Part shown: positions 28,787 through 39,105 of the stretch, piece by piece
Layout: each line of letters starts with the position of its first letter
Numbering within the stretch: the first letter of the stretch is position 1
From: Candidatus Poribacteria bacterium
GTDB taxonomy: Bacteria > Poribacteria > WGA-4E > PCPOR2b
DNA: 64,000 bases
Reading direction: 5' to 3'
Assembly (NCBI GenBank): GCA_022826645.1
Contig: JAJDUM010000117.1
Location: 585 to 64,584, forward strand
Translations under genes and position numbers: made by a program
The notes under the pieces: generated by a model
Seen by the model: only the letters and a program-made list of their open reading frames with translations
Database searches by the model: none
Told to the model about the DNA's origin: nothing

Positions 28787-30640
28787 TTAGTCTGCCGTGG
28801 CTCCGGCAGGGACCGGCTCCCCCTCACCGTGCTCCGATTCACCGTTCGGCTGCGTCTGCGGAATCCAATCCGCTTCAGCGTCGGGAACACTGTACTCATA
28901 GGGGCCGTGATATACGTGCGGAATCGCATCGAAATTGCCGTGAGGCACAGGTGTTGGCGCATGCCATTCGAGAGTTGTCGCTTCCCAGGGATTCTGTTCA
29001 GCGACTTTCCCGCGGAATATACTCCAGAACACATTGATTAGCAGTAGAATCTGAGCCGCACCCAAAATAAATGCACAGACTGTAATAAACACATTTATCG
29101 GTTGCATCGGTTGTAAGAATTCGTACTGCATCGGGTTAGCGATACGTCGCATGTGTCCCCCAACACCGAGGATGTGCATCGGGAAAAAGACACCGTTAAA
29201 AGCGAGGAATGAGATCCAGAAATGGATCTTGCCAAGGGTCGCATTCATGTGTCGTCCATACATTTTGGGGAACCAGTGGAAAATGCCACCAAAGATAGCG
29301 AAGACGCTCCCGCCAAAGACAACATAATGGATATGCGCCACAATGTAGTATGTATCGTGGATGTAGATGTCTACCGGCGAGTTTGCCATATAGATACCGC
29401 TGAGACCGCCAATGACAAACATCGAGATAAAAGCGAGTACGTTTAGCATCGGCACAGTGAATCGGATCGACGCACGGTGCAGGGTACCGAGCCAATTAAA
29501 GGTTTTGATTGCCGAAGGAACGGCAATTAACATGGTAGTAGTCATGAAGCTTGCCCCGAGTGCAGGGTTCATCCCACTCTGGAACATGTGGTGTCCCCAT
29601 ACAATCCAACTGAGAAAGGCGATTGCTATCATAGCAAAAACCATTGACTTATATCCGAAGACCGGCTTTCTGGCAAAGACAGGGAGCATTTCGGATGCCA
29701 TACCCATGCCGGGCAGAATGAGGATATACACCTCTGGATGTGCAAAGAACCAGAAGAGATGCTGCCATAGTAACGGTTCGCCACCACCTGCCGCAGCAAA
29801 GAACGAAGTTCCTGCCATCCGGTCAAAGAGGATCAGCGCGAGCGCGGAAGCGACAACAGGGAATGCGAGCAGTAGAAGAATTGCCACGATAAAGAGCGCC
29901 CAAATCGCAAGCGGGAGACGGAACCAGGTCATGCCCGGTGCACGCATGTTGATAATCGTAGTAATATAGTTGATAGATCCCATCAGCGATGAGATCCCCA
30001 TGACGATAAGGCTGATGCACCAGAGATTCTGTCCCCAATCCACGCCGCTATACTCAGCGATTGAGGAGAGTGGGGCGTACCCAGTCCAACCTGCTGCAGC
30101 GTGCCCACCGGGGACAAAGAATCCAGCCATCATGATAATAGTTCCCAGTATATTGGACCAGAAGGAGAGCATATTCAGGACAGGGAAAGCCATATCCCTG
30201 GTCCCGATCATCAGTGGGATGAGGAAATTACCAAACGCACCAACCAACAAGGGAACAACGACGAAGAAGACCATGATGGTGGCATGCATTGTGAACAGTG
30301 AATTGAAAAACGCTGGGTCTATCACGCCGCTGGGCATGTTAGTCTCTAACCACGTTTCTTTATCGTCATCGAACCGTTCTTCCCACTTTCGGTCTGCCGC
30401 GGTTGTAACCTCGCCTTCCTCCTGATATGCTTTGGAGACCCCAATAATAGGGAGAGGCTTGTCGGGCCAAGCAAGTTGCCAACGGAAAAGCATCGCAAGC
30501 CCGCCCCCGACCATGAACATAATCAGACCAAAGATCAGGAACTGCTTACCGATCATTTTATGATCAAGCGAAAAGATGTATTTACTAACAAAACTCTCTT
30601 CATGATGATGATCATGAGATTCATGTGCGTGATCATTCAT
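28787..30640 (-). CDS. ctaD: Cytochrome c oxidase subunit I, A1 type
   Basis: FTMHAT, HPEVY, WGHHM, AHIHY; D-channel DMAFPVLN; K-channel AIKTF. Confidence 0.97.
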   Translation of the reverse strand: MNDHAHESHDHHHEESFVSKYIFSLDHKMIGKQFLIFGLIMFMVGGGLAMLFRWQLAWPDKPLPIIGVSKAYQEEGEVTTAADRKWEERFDDDKETWLETNMPSGVIDPAFFNSLFTMHATIMVFFVVVPLLVGAFGNFLIPLMIGTRDMAFPVLNMLSFWSNILGTIIMMAGFFVPGGHAAAGWTGYAPLSSIAEYSGVDWGQNLWCISLIVMGISSLMGSINYITTIINMRAPGMTWFRLPLAIWALFIVAILLLLAFPVVASALALILFDRMAGTSFFAAAGGGEPLLWQHLFWFFAHPEVYILILPGMGMASEMLPVFARKPVFGYKSMVFAMIAIAFLSWIVWGHHMFQSGMNPALGASFMTTTMLIAVPSAIKTFNWLGTLHRASIRFTVPMLNVLAFISMFVIGGLSGIYMANSPVDIYIHDTYYIVAHIHYVVFGGSVFAIFGGIFHWFPKMYGRHMNATLGKIHFWISFLAFNGVFFPMHILGVGGHMRRIANPMQYEFLQPMQPINVFITVCAFILGAAQILLLINVFWSIFRGKVAEQNPWEATTLEWHAPTPVPHGNFDAIPHVYHGPYEYSVPDAEADWIPQTQPNGESEHGEGEPVPAGATAD

Positions 30641-30664
30641 TCTATATCGACTCCTTTCTTTCGA

Positions 30665-31345
30665 TTATTCTGTCCATCTTTCATTTTTCCATGCTTCGTA
30701 ATCTTCAGCCGTGTGGACGGTGAGGTATCCGAGCATCCCGGAGTGTCCAAAACCACAGAGCTCAGCGCAGGGGATTTCATACGTGCCCGGTTTCGTTGCT
30801 TCAAACCACATGTTTATAAACCTACCGGGAAGGGCATCCTGCTTGAGTCTAAGCTGAGGGACAAAGAAGCTATGAATAACATCATCGGCCGTGAGCCTGA
30901 TATGCACGACCTCATTGACGGGGACGTGCAGTTGGTTCTCAAGCTGTAGGTCATCGTCGGTGCCCCATTCGCCATCGGGTCCCGGGTAGGTCATGTCCCA
31001 GTTAAATTGTTTCCCGTTCACCTGAACGACGGCACCGGGGTTGCCGGGAAACTGTGAAGGGAACTTAATTCTGTTCCATTGGGGCAAACTCAACATCGCG
31101 AGTGCGAACACAATGACGGTGGTAGCAGCAGTCCATACGATTTCAAGGGTTGTGCTGCCTTCAATGTATTCCGCCTTGCGGCCTTCTTGGAAACGATACT
31201 TAACGATGAAAACAATGAGTACTGCCATAACAGCCAGAAATACAATTGACGTAACCCAGTAGATTAGAACAAAGAGGTTATCCACCCCTTGTCCAAAAGT
31301 TGAGACATTCTCTGGAAGCCATGCAGGAAAATTCAGCCACTTCAT
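30665..31345 (-). CDS. ctaC: Cytochrome c oxidase subunit II (CuA), no fused cytochrome c
   Basis: DVIHSF and CAELCGFGHSGM; start ATG 31345 with AAAGGAG RBS. Confidence 0.95.
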   Translation of the reverse strand: MKWLNFPAWLPENVSTFGQGVDNLFVLIYWVTSIVFLAVMAVLIVFIVKYRFQEGRKAEYIEGSTTLEIVWTAATTVIVFALAMLSLPQWNRIKFPSQFPGNPGAVVQVNGKQFNWDMTYPGPDGEWGTDDDLQLENQLHVPVNEVVHIRLTADDVIHSFFVPQLRLKQDALPGRFINMWFEATKPGTYEIPCAELCGFGHSGMLGYLTVHTAEDYEAWKNERWTE

Positions 31346-31389
31346 TAAGAGCTCCTTTCTAGACTGCTGAATTTGTAGGTCAATCTCTT

Positions 31390-32184
31390 TTACGCTGCAT
31401 TCGGACGGCGATGTGCGGTTAGAGCAGCGCCCAAATATGTTACAACACAGAACAAGCCAGTAACGAGCAGCGATAACGTGAGTTGAGGAATCTCCTGAGA
31501 GATCGTGGATGCGTTGAAATACAAACAACGACGCAAGGCTGCAATTCCGTAGGTGAGTGGGTTCAATTTCATCGTCCACTCAAGCAATATCGGCACACCA
31601 GACACGGGGAAAAAGGCACCGGAGAGCAGCCAGATAGGGATGAGGATAAGATTCATAATCGCATGGAAACCTTGTGTTGAATCCATGCGCCATGCGATAA
31701 TTAGTCCTAAGTTTGTCAGACCAAAGGCCAAGGTCAACATCACACCGAGTGTTGAGACCACAGAAAAAGGACTCAGCGGCACACCCACCATCGGTGCGAG
31801 AAACAGTAAGAGGGTTCCCTGAAAGAGTGCCAAAGTTGTACCGCCAAGTGCTTGTCCCAGCACAAGAACGGATCGTGAAACTGGTGCGACAAGCACACCT
31901 TGTAGAAAACCTTCTCGACGGTCTTGGACGATCGAGATTGTTGCGAAAATTGTTGTAAACAGTAGCGCAAGCGTGATGATACCGGGGTAAAAATATTCTA
32001 TGTAGCTCGTTCCCTCAGGAACACCGGGAGGATTGAATGAAGCGTTTAATCCACCTCCCAAAAGCAGCCAAAAAATTAGCGGCTGACTGATCGCGCTGAC
32101 TAGACGACTCCGTTGGCGCAGGAACCGGATAATTTCACGCCACCAAATTGTCGCCACAGGGAGTAAAAATCTTGCTATTAACAA
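31390..32184 (-). CDS. ABC-2 type transporter permease
   Basis: REIIRFLRQRSR, DRREGFLQGVLVAPV, LSGAFFP, NPLTY. Confidence 0.9.
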   Translation of the reverse strand: MLIARFLLPVATIWWREIIRFLRQRSRLVSAISQPLIFWLLLGGGLNASFNPPGVPEGTSYIEYFYPGIITLALLFTTIFATISIVQDRREGFLQGVLVAPVSRSVLVLGQALGGTTLALFQGTLLLFLAPMVGVPLSPFSVVSTLGVMLTLAFGLTNLGLIIAWRMDSTQGFHAIMNLILIPIWLLSGAFFPVSGVPILLEWTMKLNPLTYGIAALRRCLYFNASTISQEIPQLTLSLLVTGLFCVVTYLGAALTAHRRPNAA

Positions 32185-32222
32185 AGTTCAGTTGAGTGCG
32201 TTGTAAACAGTGAGATAAATTG

Positions 32223-32954
32223 TTAGCTATCTTTACGCTCAAAATGATTGCGTAGTACATTCTTAACATACTGGGGGATTTCTTCTTGAGCCTTTGCTGC
32301 TTCTCCTCGTAGTCTGTCATACTCAACGATATCCTCATCCACCCATAGAATATCTAATCTCCGAATATCTCGCAACGCAATATGACTGTATGATTCTGGA
32401 TATGCCCAATAGCACGACTCGCAAATACTGATTTCTCTTTTCCTCCAATTTTCACAATTTTCGCAGCTCCATGATTTCGCTCTATTTGCAGATGCACAAA
32501 GGAGCATATAATCATCCACATCATCAAGGTTAATATTCTCACCAGCAATTTCAAATGGAACTCTGTGATCGATTTGCAATTCCCGTTCTGGAAACGATTC
32601 AAGATATATGTTGCAACGGGCACCATACTTTTTAATTAGTGCCTCCTTTAGTTGGGAGGAGAAAACTGTTCTACCATACAACTGGGTTGTTCGTACTTCT
32701 GAAGGATCACCGAACTTGTATGCGGCGATTTTTCTGCCATCAGATCCAGTTACACGGAAGGTCTCCACTGGAATACCGTGCTCACGAACATCTCTTATTG
32801 CTCGTGGTGGATGGTTATAACCATATATCTCCCTCAGTTCCTCTGTTGTGATTTGACCGTATTTAAGAATGTGGTCAATTACCGTTCGGGGTCTTTTCGC
32901 TGTAACCCTCTTTAGTAACTCTAGAAATTCTGGAGGAAGTTTTGGGCTAGTCAT
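32223..32954 (-). CDS. HNH endonuclease, putative restriction enzyme
   Basis: N-terminal wHTH-like region; LQIDHRVP...LLCASANRAKSWSCENC; overlaps the MTase stop. Confidence 0.75.
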   Translation of the reverse strand: MTSPKLPPEFLELLKRVTAKRPRTVIDHILKYGQITTEELREIYGYNHPPRAIRDVREHGIPVETFRVTGSDGRKIAAYKFGDPSEVRTTQLYGRTVFSSQLKEALIKKYGARCNIYLESFPERELQIDHRVPFEIAGENINLDDVDDYMLLCASANRAKSWSCENCENWRKREISICESCYWAYPESYSHIALRDIRRLDILWVDEDIVEYDRLRGEAAKAQEEIPQYVKNVLRNHFERKDS

Positions 32955-33877
32955 ATACGGGCAAACTCTAGCTGAATTTGTGATTCTTTTTCAAAATTAC
33001 GTTCTTCACCGTCCAAACGCTCTACCAATGCGGGAGACAGATATAGAGATTCAACAGTTTCATGATTGTAACCTAAGAGGGTAGCTTGACTTGATCTGCC
33101 AGCATGTATATTCAGGTGTTTTAGAGAGAGTCTACGAGGAAGTGACTTCCCATGAGTTTTTCCGCCGGTTTGTCCATCATAGCTAATAATATATGAAGTA
33201 TCTTTCCCATTCATTATTTGAAGGGTATCTATAAATTCATCATAGGAAAGCCCATTGTAGTATCTATGATCTCTCGTAAAGGATATGCCTTGGTAAGGCG
33301 GATCCATATAAACTAAATCGTTTTTATCAACTTTCTCCACAACCATGCGAAAATCAACTGCCGAAAGCGTTGTCTTCCCACCGAGCAGAGTAGAGATACC
33401 AAAAATTTGTTGCCGCATGGTTTTGGGGCGCATACCCAAACGCCGATTATCAGCACTCTGATTGAATTTGCCTTCAGTACTGTATCTTACGGAACCTTTT
33501 ACGATTCGCGCCAGAAGATAAAGCAGGTGATGCGGTTGATGCGTTGCGTTGAATTCGTCACGTATTTGGAAGAAGAATTCTTTTTTATTAGGATATTGTT
33601 CATTCCAAAGTTTTTCATAATCTCCTGTCAACTCGTTGGGGCTTTCTAATATTTCTCTCCACAGTTCCATCAGGGGTTCATTTAAGTCATTAAGCCAAAA
33701 CTGTTTTGCGAGTCCGTGTGCAGCAGCGGCAATGGAAACCGCACCAGAGCCACAGAATGGTTCCATCAGACAATGCACAGAATTTGGGAAATATGGAAGA
33801 ATATACTGAGCAATTCCCCGCTTACTTCCCTGATATGGAAAAGGATGTGGAATCGAGATATTATTTAGCGTTTTCAT
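32951..33877 (-). CDS. Dam-like (D12 class) DNA adenine methyltransferase
   Basis: PYQGSKR, EPFCGSGAV, YMDPPY. Confidence 0.9.
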   Translation of the reverse strand: MKTLNNISIPHPFPYQGSKRGIAQYILPYFPNSVHCLMEPFCGSGAVSIAAAAHGLAKQFWLNDLNEPLMELWREILESPNELTGDYEKLWNEQYPNKKEFFFQIRDEFNATHQPHHLLYLLARIVKGSVRYSTEGKFNQSADNRRLGMRPKTMRQQIFGISTLLGGKTTLSAVDFRMVVEKVDKNDLVYMDPPYQGISFTRDHRYYNGLSYDEFIDTLQIMNGKDTSYIISYDGQTGGKTHGKSLPRRLSLKHLNIHAGRSSQATLLGYNHETVESLYLSPALVERLDGEERNFEKESQIQLEFARI

Positions 33878-33903
33878 GGGAGTTCGGTCGTTGCAATAGC
33901 AAA

Positions 33904-34131
33904 CTAGCGTTCTCTCTGAGCATAATTGGAGCGAACAGTCGTATTGATGAATGAATTTAACTCCTCGCCCTTGCTAGCTAATTCCTTCATCAGTTCAATG
34001 TTTTCAGAGCCTGCGCTCTCATAGGTGTACAGGTAAACCGAGCCACTAGCAAACTGGGCCCTAATAAAATCTGGTCCGCTTTCATACGCCACTACGCCAG
34101 AACCTCCACTAAGATTTTTATAGCGTTCCAT
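33904..34131 (-). CDS. Small KTSC-like protein
   Basis: SGVVAYE...QFASGSVYLY...LNSFIN pattern; AGGAGG RBS before ATG 34131. Confidence 0.55.
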   Translation of the reverse strand: MERYKNLSGGSGVVAYESGPDFIRAQFASGSVYLYTYESAGSENIELMKELASKGEELNSFINTTVRSNYAQRER

Positions 34132-34169
34132 AGGGACCCTCCTATGTAAATATAGGATATTTTGCAAAC

Positions 34170-34652
34170 CTAACGAACAGATGCCTCAAGCGTCTTGTTT
34201 CTCGTGTCTCGAATGTGCCTTCCGATACGTTGATAGAAGATTAATTCAACTAAGGCAATAAAAAGAACATCGAACCCATCTGTTTCAAGTGTCTCCGTTG
34301 TTTCCTTAATTCCCAAGACTACCCAGACTATAAGAAGGACTATAAGAACTGAGAGCAAAACTAAGAGGAACCGAAAGGATACTACCCAGCCTAAAACAAC
34401 AAATTTCTGAATCAGATCAAATCCTTTTTTTCTTTCATTCTGCTCATACGCATAAAGAACACCCCCGATTGCGAAAATAACACTCAGACCACCTGATACC
34501 ATATCGAATTCATTAAAATCTTCTATTGTTGGAAATACATGGGCCACCGTGAAGCCGGCGAAGAAAAGAACGAAATAGGGCAGTGCCTCTCGATCACTGA
34601 GGGCTCTTTCTCTTAATTTTTCTTTAAGTGGATGGTATCGAACAAAATACAT
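34170..34652 (-). CDS. Hypothetical four-TM membrane protein
   Basis: Four hydrophobic segments; AT-rich. Confidence 0.65.
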   Translation of the reverse strand: MYFVRYHPLKEKLRERALSDREALPYFVLFFAGFTVAHVFPTIEDFNEFDMVSGGLSVIFAIGGVLYAYEQNERKKGFDLIQKFVVLGWVVSFRFLLVLLSVLIVLLIVWVVLGIKETTETLETDGFDVLFIALVELIFYQRIGRHIRDTRNKTLEASVR

Positions 34653-34663
34653 GCCTCAACCTC

Positions 34664-35596
34664 CTAATACGGCTTTTGACTAGCGTGATCTTCCTCAAAG
34701 TGGCGTCCTGTCAACTTGATGAAGACATCTTCCAACGTCGGCTTTGCAAAACGTACGGATCGAATTTCGGTTGGAAAGGCGGCGACAACATCTCGAACAA
34801 ATTCATGTCCACTCTGACATTCGATGCGCAGCGTTCCCTCAATTGAAGCAACTACATACCCAAACTGTTGACTTATTTTCGGTGCAAGCTGCTCGGGGGC
34901 CGGAGAATCAACGATAACAATATCTCCGCTGACCTGCCTTTTCAACTCGTCGGGTGTTCCGACAGCGACCAATTGTCCTTCATTGAGAATTCCAACACGG
35001 TTACACGCTTCGGCATCGTCCAAGATGTGGGTTGTCAGCACCACCGTTGTTTCCCGCAAGTCAGCCAAATAGGTTCTGAGGTTCCGGCGTGCCCCCGGAT
35101 CGAGTCCGGTACTCGGTTCATCCAACAATAAGAGTTTCGGTTTGTGGAGGGTTGCTTTTGCGAGTTCCACGCGCCGCTGTAATCCACCAGAGAGTGTTTC
35201 CACACACTCAGAAGCGCGATCCCTCAATTCAAATTGGTCGAGCACTTCTTGGATACGCCGCTTCAGCGTCTTGCCCTGTAGCCCGTACAGATGACCGTGA
35301 TGTCGGAGGTTCTCTGTGACGGTGAGTTTTAGATCCAAACTCGGATGCTGAAAAACCACACCCAGATACTGCCTGATGTCCTGCGATCCGCTGCCAAGCT
35401 CATAACCAAGAATATTTACCGCAGCCGGATCAGCCGAAATCAGGGTGGAGAGTATCTTAAAAAGTGTGGTTTTACCGCTGCCATTTGGGCCTAGAAACCC
35501 AAAGACTTCCCCTTGCGAAATGTTAAAGGTTACATCTGCAAGTGCACGTCGAGTCCCGTAAGCGTAGGACAGGTTCTCGACTTTGACAGGGAACAT
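34664..35596 (-). CDS. ABC transporter ATP-binding protein (DrrA/NodI-like)
   Basis: GPNGSGKT, LSGG, LLLLDEP, TTH, PTLEDVF. Confidence 0.93.
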   Translation of the reverse strand: MFPVKVENLSYAYGTRRALADVTFNISQGEVFGFLGPNGSGKTTLFKILSTLISADPAAVNILGYELGSGSQDIRQYLGVVFQHPSLDLKLTVTENLRHHGHLYGLQGKTLKRRIQEVLDQFELRDRASECVETLSGGLQRRVELAKATLHKPKLLLLDEPSTGLDPGARRNLRTYLADLRETTVVLTTHILDDAEACNRVGILNEGQLVAVGTPDELKRQVSGDIVIVDSPAPEQLAPKISQQFGYVVASIEGTLRIECQSGHEFVRDVVAAFPTEIRSVRFAKPTLEDVFIKLTGRHFEEDHASQKPY

Positions 35597-35610
35597 CTTC
35601 CCTCATTTGC

Positions 35611-36393
35611 TTATTTTAGCGCGAGTGTAAAGTCTTGGGTAACCGTTCCTCCGGCTTCAACAGTCACTGAAACAGGTTCGGCTTTATTTGTACCACAGGC
35701 TTCTTGCCAATACGCCAACTTATAGGTTCCCGGTGGGACATTCTCAAGCGTATATTTCCCATTCTCGTCGGTAACCGCAAAATAGGGATGGGGGATATAC
35801 GCGATCCAAGCTTTCATCCACCCGTGCACATCGCATTTAACGGCCACGGGTCCTTCCGCTTTCTTTACTGCCTTAACATTCATCTTACGCCTGGTTCCCG
35901 GCTGCGATTTATTAAATGCGGGATTCATCGAGCTAAAGATGTGGACATTATGATTGATTCTGTCGGGGTTGATCATGGTCAATCGTTTTCCAACCGGCAG
36001 GAGGCGCACGTGTGGATTAAAATGGCATCCTTTCTGGTCAATTTCGTATTTAGCATCGCTTGGAAAATCCGCTCCTGATGAGATGTCGGTTAGATAAACG
36101 ATGGTGTTTTTCAAACCATTTCCTTCGCCAAGGACAATTGATTCATCAAACTTGTCAGTCTTACCACACACTTGCACATCTTTGGTAATTTCCAGCTTTT
36201 TCATCTCAGGCGCGGTGCCATCAAATTTTACCATCCCGCTGATAGTACCACCGTTAGAAACACTCATTGCTTTATAGGAAGCCGGGAAGACCAGAGATTC
36301 GACCTCTTCGTTTCCACCGGCAGCAGCGGCTGTGGTAACGTAAACACATGCAATGAGCAGGGTCAGGATTGTAACAACTTTGGTTTTCATCAT
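35611..36393 (-). CDS. Secreted cupredoxin-like / carboxypeptidase-regulatory-like domain protein
   Basis: Signal peptide, DQKGCHFNPH, HNVH, KCDVHGWM, HPYFAVTDENGKY. Confidence 0.75.
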   Translation of the reverse strand: MMKTKVVTILTLLIACVYVTTAAAAGGNEEVESLVFPASYKAMSVSNGGTISGMVKFDGTAPEMKKLEITKDVQVCGKTDKFDESIVLGEGNGLKNTIVYLTDISSGADFPSDAKYEIDQKGCHFNPHVRLLPVGKRLTMINPDRINHNVHIFSSMNPAFNKSQPGTRRKMNVKAVKKAEGPVAVKCDVHGWMKAWIAYIPHPYFAVTDENGKYTLENVPPGTYKLAYWQEACGTNKAEPVSVTVEAGGTVTQDFTLALK

Positions 36394-36552
36394 TGAACTC
36401 CTTTTGAAATTATTGTTGAAACAGGTTATAAGTGAGAGGAACCATATCTGATTGCTTCAAATGCAGTCAAGACATTTGAACCTTCTTCCTATAAGAGAAA
36501 TTTTCTCTTTTTTTATGATTTACCTCTCATTTGTTGCAGTTGAACAGTATTC

Positions 36553-38307
36553 TTATGTATCTTGTCGTCTCCTGACGCTACTTTTCAAACCGAAAAGGAG
36601 GCCAACAGAAATAAGGGCAATCAGTGGTGGATAGACAAATCGTTTGTTTGATGGAACAGGATCGAGGACAAATGTGTACCACGTTGAAATCGCTCGTTTT
36701 GTGTTCACATCACCGTTCGCGCCATCCCATGCGGAGAAAGCGATGGGTATGAACACACCAGGGGCAAACTGCACGTCATTTCTTTTATCCTCGGTTATGA
36801 GCGACCTTTTTACCCATAGTTGATATTGTCCATCTTTGTACACACCTTCAGCCTGTATCGGACTTTGGTCAGACTGGACGGTCGCTGTATTGATTCCCTT
36901 CGCATTCATCTCTGTAACCGTTGACGGCTCGGCGACCTTCCAACTCCAGAGATAAACGGGACGACGATCACCATAGATAAAGTAGGGTTTCGGATCTGTT
37001 GGACCCTCAGAAATTTTCACCGGAAATTGAATTGCTAAAGCATCTTCAACCGTTTCTCCGGTCTCGTCATCTGCCTGAGGCAGCGTTTTAGTTCGATCAT
37101 CCCATGCGAAGAGGAACGCGATTTCGCTATCGTTATAGAATGACTTCGCCATTACCGAATCGATTGAAGGATTGAACTGCCGGGGATCAATCACAATCTG
37201 ACCGACCAGTGGAAAATAACTGGCTTCTTTAATTTCGTTCCAAGCTTCATCGTTCATACCCGGCAACGTACCTTCCCGATATTGTGACCGTAGCACTTTG
37301 TCACCGACCGCCGCTTGTGGTCGCTCTTCAGGTCCTAAAGATTTTACATAATTTGCCAGATGCCAGCTTTTCTCAAAAATTGGCTTTAGGGCTGTATCCA
37401 GTTTAGTCTGTTCTTCTGGAGTGAGTTCCACGCCTTCCTCAACGTTGAGCATGATGTCCTCAAACATAAACAACTTTTCCTCAAGCCCCGCGTATTCTTC
37501 CTCTTCCGCTTCTGAAAGACCCTCGCCATCCATTTTGAGTTCTAGCTCATTCATACGCGCCGATTCCTCATCCGTCAGACCGAGCCGGAAACTTGAGATG
37601 AACGAGGGCATCGGCGAGCCAGCGATACCGCCGATGAATCGCTTGAAGATATCCTCAGTTGTAGAGCCGCCGCGATAATTCCACTGCTCCCATAGATTGG
37701 CGGGCCATGTGCGAAAGCCCCACTCATCCGTAAGATCTGGGGCAGACGTGCCATCACCTCTGCCAACTACTCCGTGACAATCAACACATCCAAGATTGGT
37801 GTAAAATTCTTTCCCTTTTGTAACACTTTCTTCAGAGTACGGCACTTTGTCCGACACATCAATTAACCGTGGTGAAGCATCTTCAAAGCCATCGTAGAAT
37901 GTTTTGATATGGGCAACGAGTTGCCACTGCTCATTCTCCGTCAGGATTTCGCCCCAAGCTGGCATCGAGGAGCCCGGCATACCATTGGATATGATATCGA
38001 AGATATCTTGATCAGTGGGCAGTTGAGCACTTTCTGTTGAACGAATTTTGTAGAGGCCCCGCGTGAAATCTCTCGGTCTTGGCAACAGGTTTTCGGCTGC
38101 AGATCCGTCGCCTGCCCCGTCTACACCGTGGCAATGCGCACACTTATCTTCATACAGCACCTTTCCTTCTTCCGAAGCGGCGGGTGCCTGCTTCCCTTGA
38201 GCAAGAACTGGAATTGGAAAAACCGCTAACAACAAAATAAGACCGGCGACTGAAATCAACATTGTATTATAAGATTGCTTTTTCATTGTTTTTTCCTTCC
38301 GCTCCAA
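36553..38307 (-). CDS. Diheme cytochrome c fused to an ethylbenzene-dehydrogenase-gamma (DOMON-like) domain, C-terminal TM
   Basis: CAHCH, CVDCH, PRPRDFT, MPGSSMP; WDD, DALAIQFP, IAFSAWDG. Confidence 0.82.
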   Translation of the reverse strand: MERKEKTMKKQSYNTMLISVAGLILLLAVFPIPVLAQGKQAPAASEEGKVLYEDKCAHCHGVDGAGDGSAAENLLPRPRDFTRGLYKIRSTESAQLPTDQDIFDIISNGMPGSSMPAWGEILTENEQWQLVAHIKTFYDGFEDASPRLIDVSDKVPYSEESVTKGKEFYTNLGCVDCHGVVGRGDGTSAPDLTDEWGFRTWPANLWEQWNYRGGSTTEDIFKRFIGGIAGSPMPSFISSFRLGLTDEESARMNELELKMDGEGLSEAEEEEYAGLEEKLFMFEDIMLNVEEGVELTPEEQTKLDTALKPIFEKSWHLANYVKSLGPEERPQAAVGDKVLRSQYREGTLPGMNDEAWNEIKEASYFPLVGQIVIDPRQFNPSIDSVMAKSFYNDSEIAFLFAWDDRTKTLPQADDETGETVEDALAIQFPVKISEGPTDPKPYFIYGDRRPVYLWSWKVAEPSTVTEMNAKGINTATVQSDQSPIQAEGVYKDGQYQLWVKRSLITEDKRNDVQFAPGVFIPIAFSAWDGANGDVNTKRAISTWYTFVLDPVPSNKRFVYPPLIALISVGLLFGLKSSVRRRQDT

Positions 38308-38309
38308 TC

Positions 38310-39089
38310 TTAATGCGCTGCCTCACCAAACGTCCTCGGTCGATACCCTGTGTACTCAGATAAAAAGAGGATGACATCCCAAATTTCCTCCTCTGTCAGG
38401 TGATCCTCCCAGACCGGCATGGCAGAATCCCACGGGGTGGCGGCTGGTGGCAAACCGGGACCGCCTTTACTGATACGCCAAAAGAAGAAAGATTCTTGAT
38501 AGTTCGGAATGATCCCAGGATCTTGGAAATTTGCAGGCGGCGGGTTGAAGCCGTGCGCGAAATGCCCCTCTCCGTCGAGGTCATCACCGTGGCAATAAAA
38601 GCAGTTCTGATAATAGACGCGACGTCCGTTATCTACATGTGCCTTGAATGCTTCCGTGTCATCCTTTTCGAGATGCCGGAAGGGATTTTCCACCTCTTGC
38701 GTGAGACCAATAACCTTATCACGGTACTCCAATTCAGTGGGAGGCGCGGGGTGAGCAGTCCGCAATACGGCTGGTGGATCTGCTTTTGTCGACAACCTAG
38801 AAAAGCTTAAACCAAGCATAACCAAAGGAATAAGGACAAACAACACAGTACGCCTTGTCCGCCTATCATCATCAGCCAAGGTCTCCTTGACGGGACGCAG
38901 AAATTCTCGAAACCTATCATCTTCGACGGATACGTGGACTAATATCGCCAATAGAATAAGCCCCAGATACATTGAGATCACGCTGGCAGGTAACGGCACA
39001 GACCACACACTACCGATGAAGAATCTTAAAAAGAGCCAAAGCACTACAAATATGATTAGGCATTTTGTGAAGAGGGATAATCTTTGCAT
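38310..39089 (-). CDS. Membrane-anchored monoheme cytochrome c
   Basis: Three N-terminal TMs, CFYCH, SAMP. Confidence 0.85.
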   Translation of the reverse strand: MQRLSLFTKCLIIFVVLWLFLRFFIGSVWSVPLPASVISMYLGLILLAILVHVSVEDDRFREFLRPVKETLADDDRRTRRTVLFVLIPLVMLGLSFSRLSTKADPPAVLRTAHPAPPTELEYRDKVIGLTQEVENPFRHLEKDDTEAFKAHVDNGRRVYYQNCFYCHGDDLDGEGHFAHGFNPPPANFQDPGIIPNYQESFFFWRISKGGPGLPPAATPWDSAMPVWEDHLTEEEIWDVILFLSEYTGYRPRTFGEAAH

Positions 39090-39105
39090 AGCGATTTAAC
39101 TTTCC

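Noticed and set aside
34164-34200. Integron attC site (GTTAGGT at the gene end; similar GTTAGAC at the end of the HEAT gene)
   Set aside because: No matching RYYYAAC inverse core, no long imperfect palindrome and no integrase
36553-38307. Nitrite oxidoreductase or other DMSO-reductase-family gamma subunit
   Set aside because: No molybdopterin alpha or Fe-S beta subunit genes in the window
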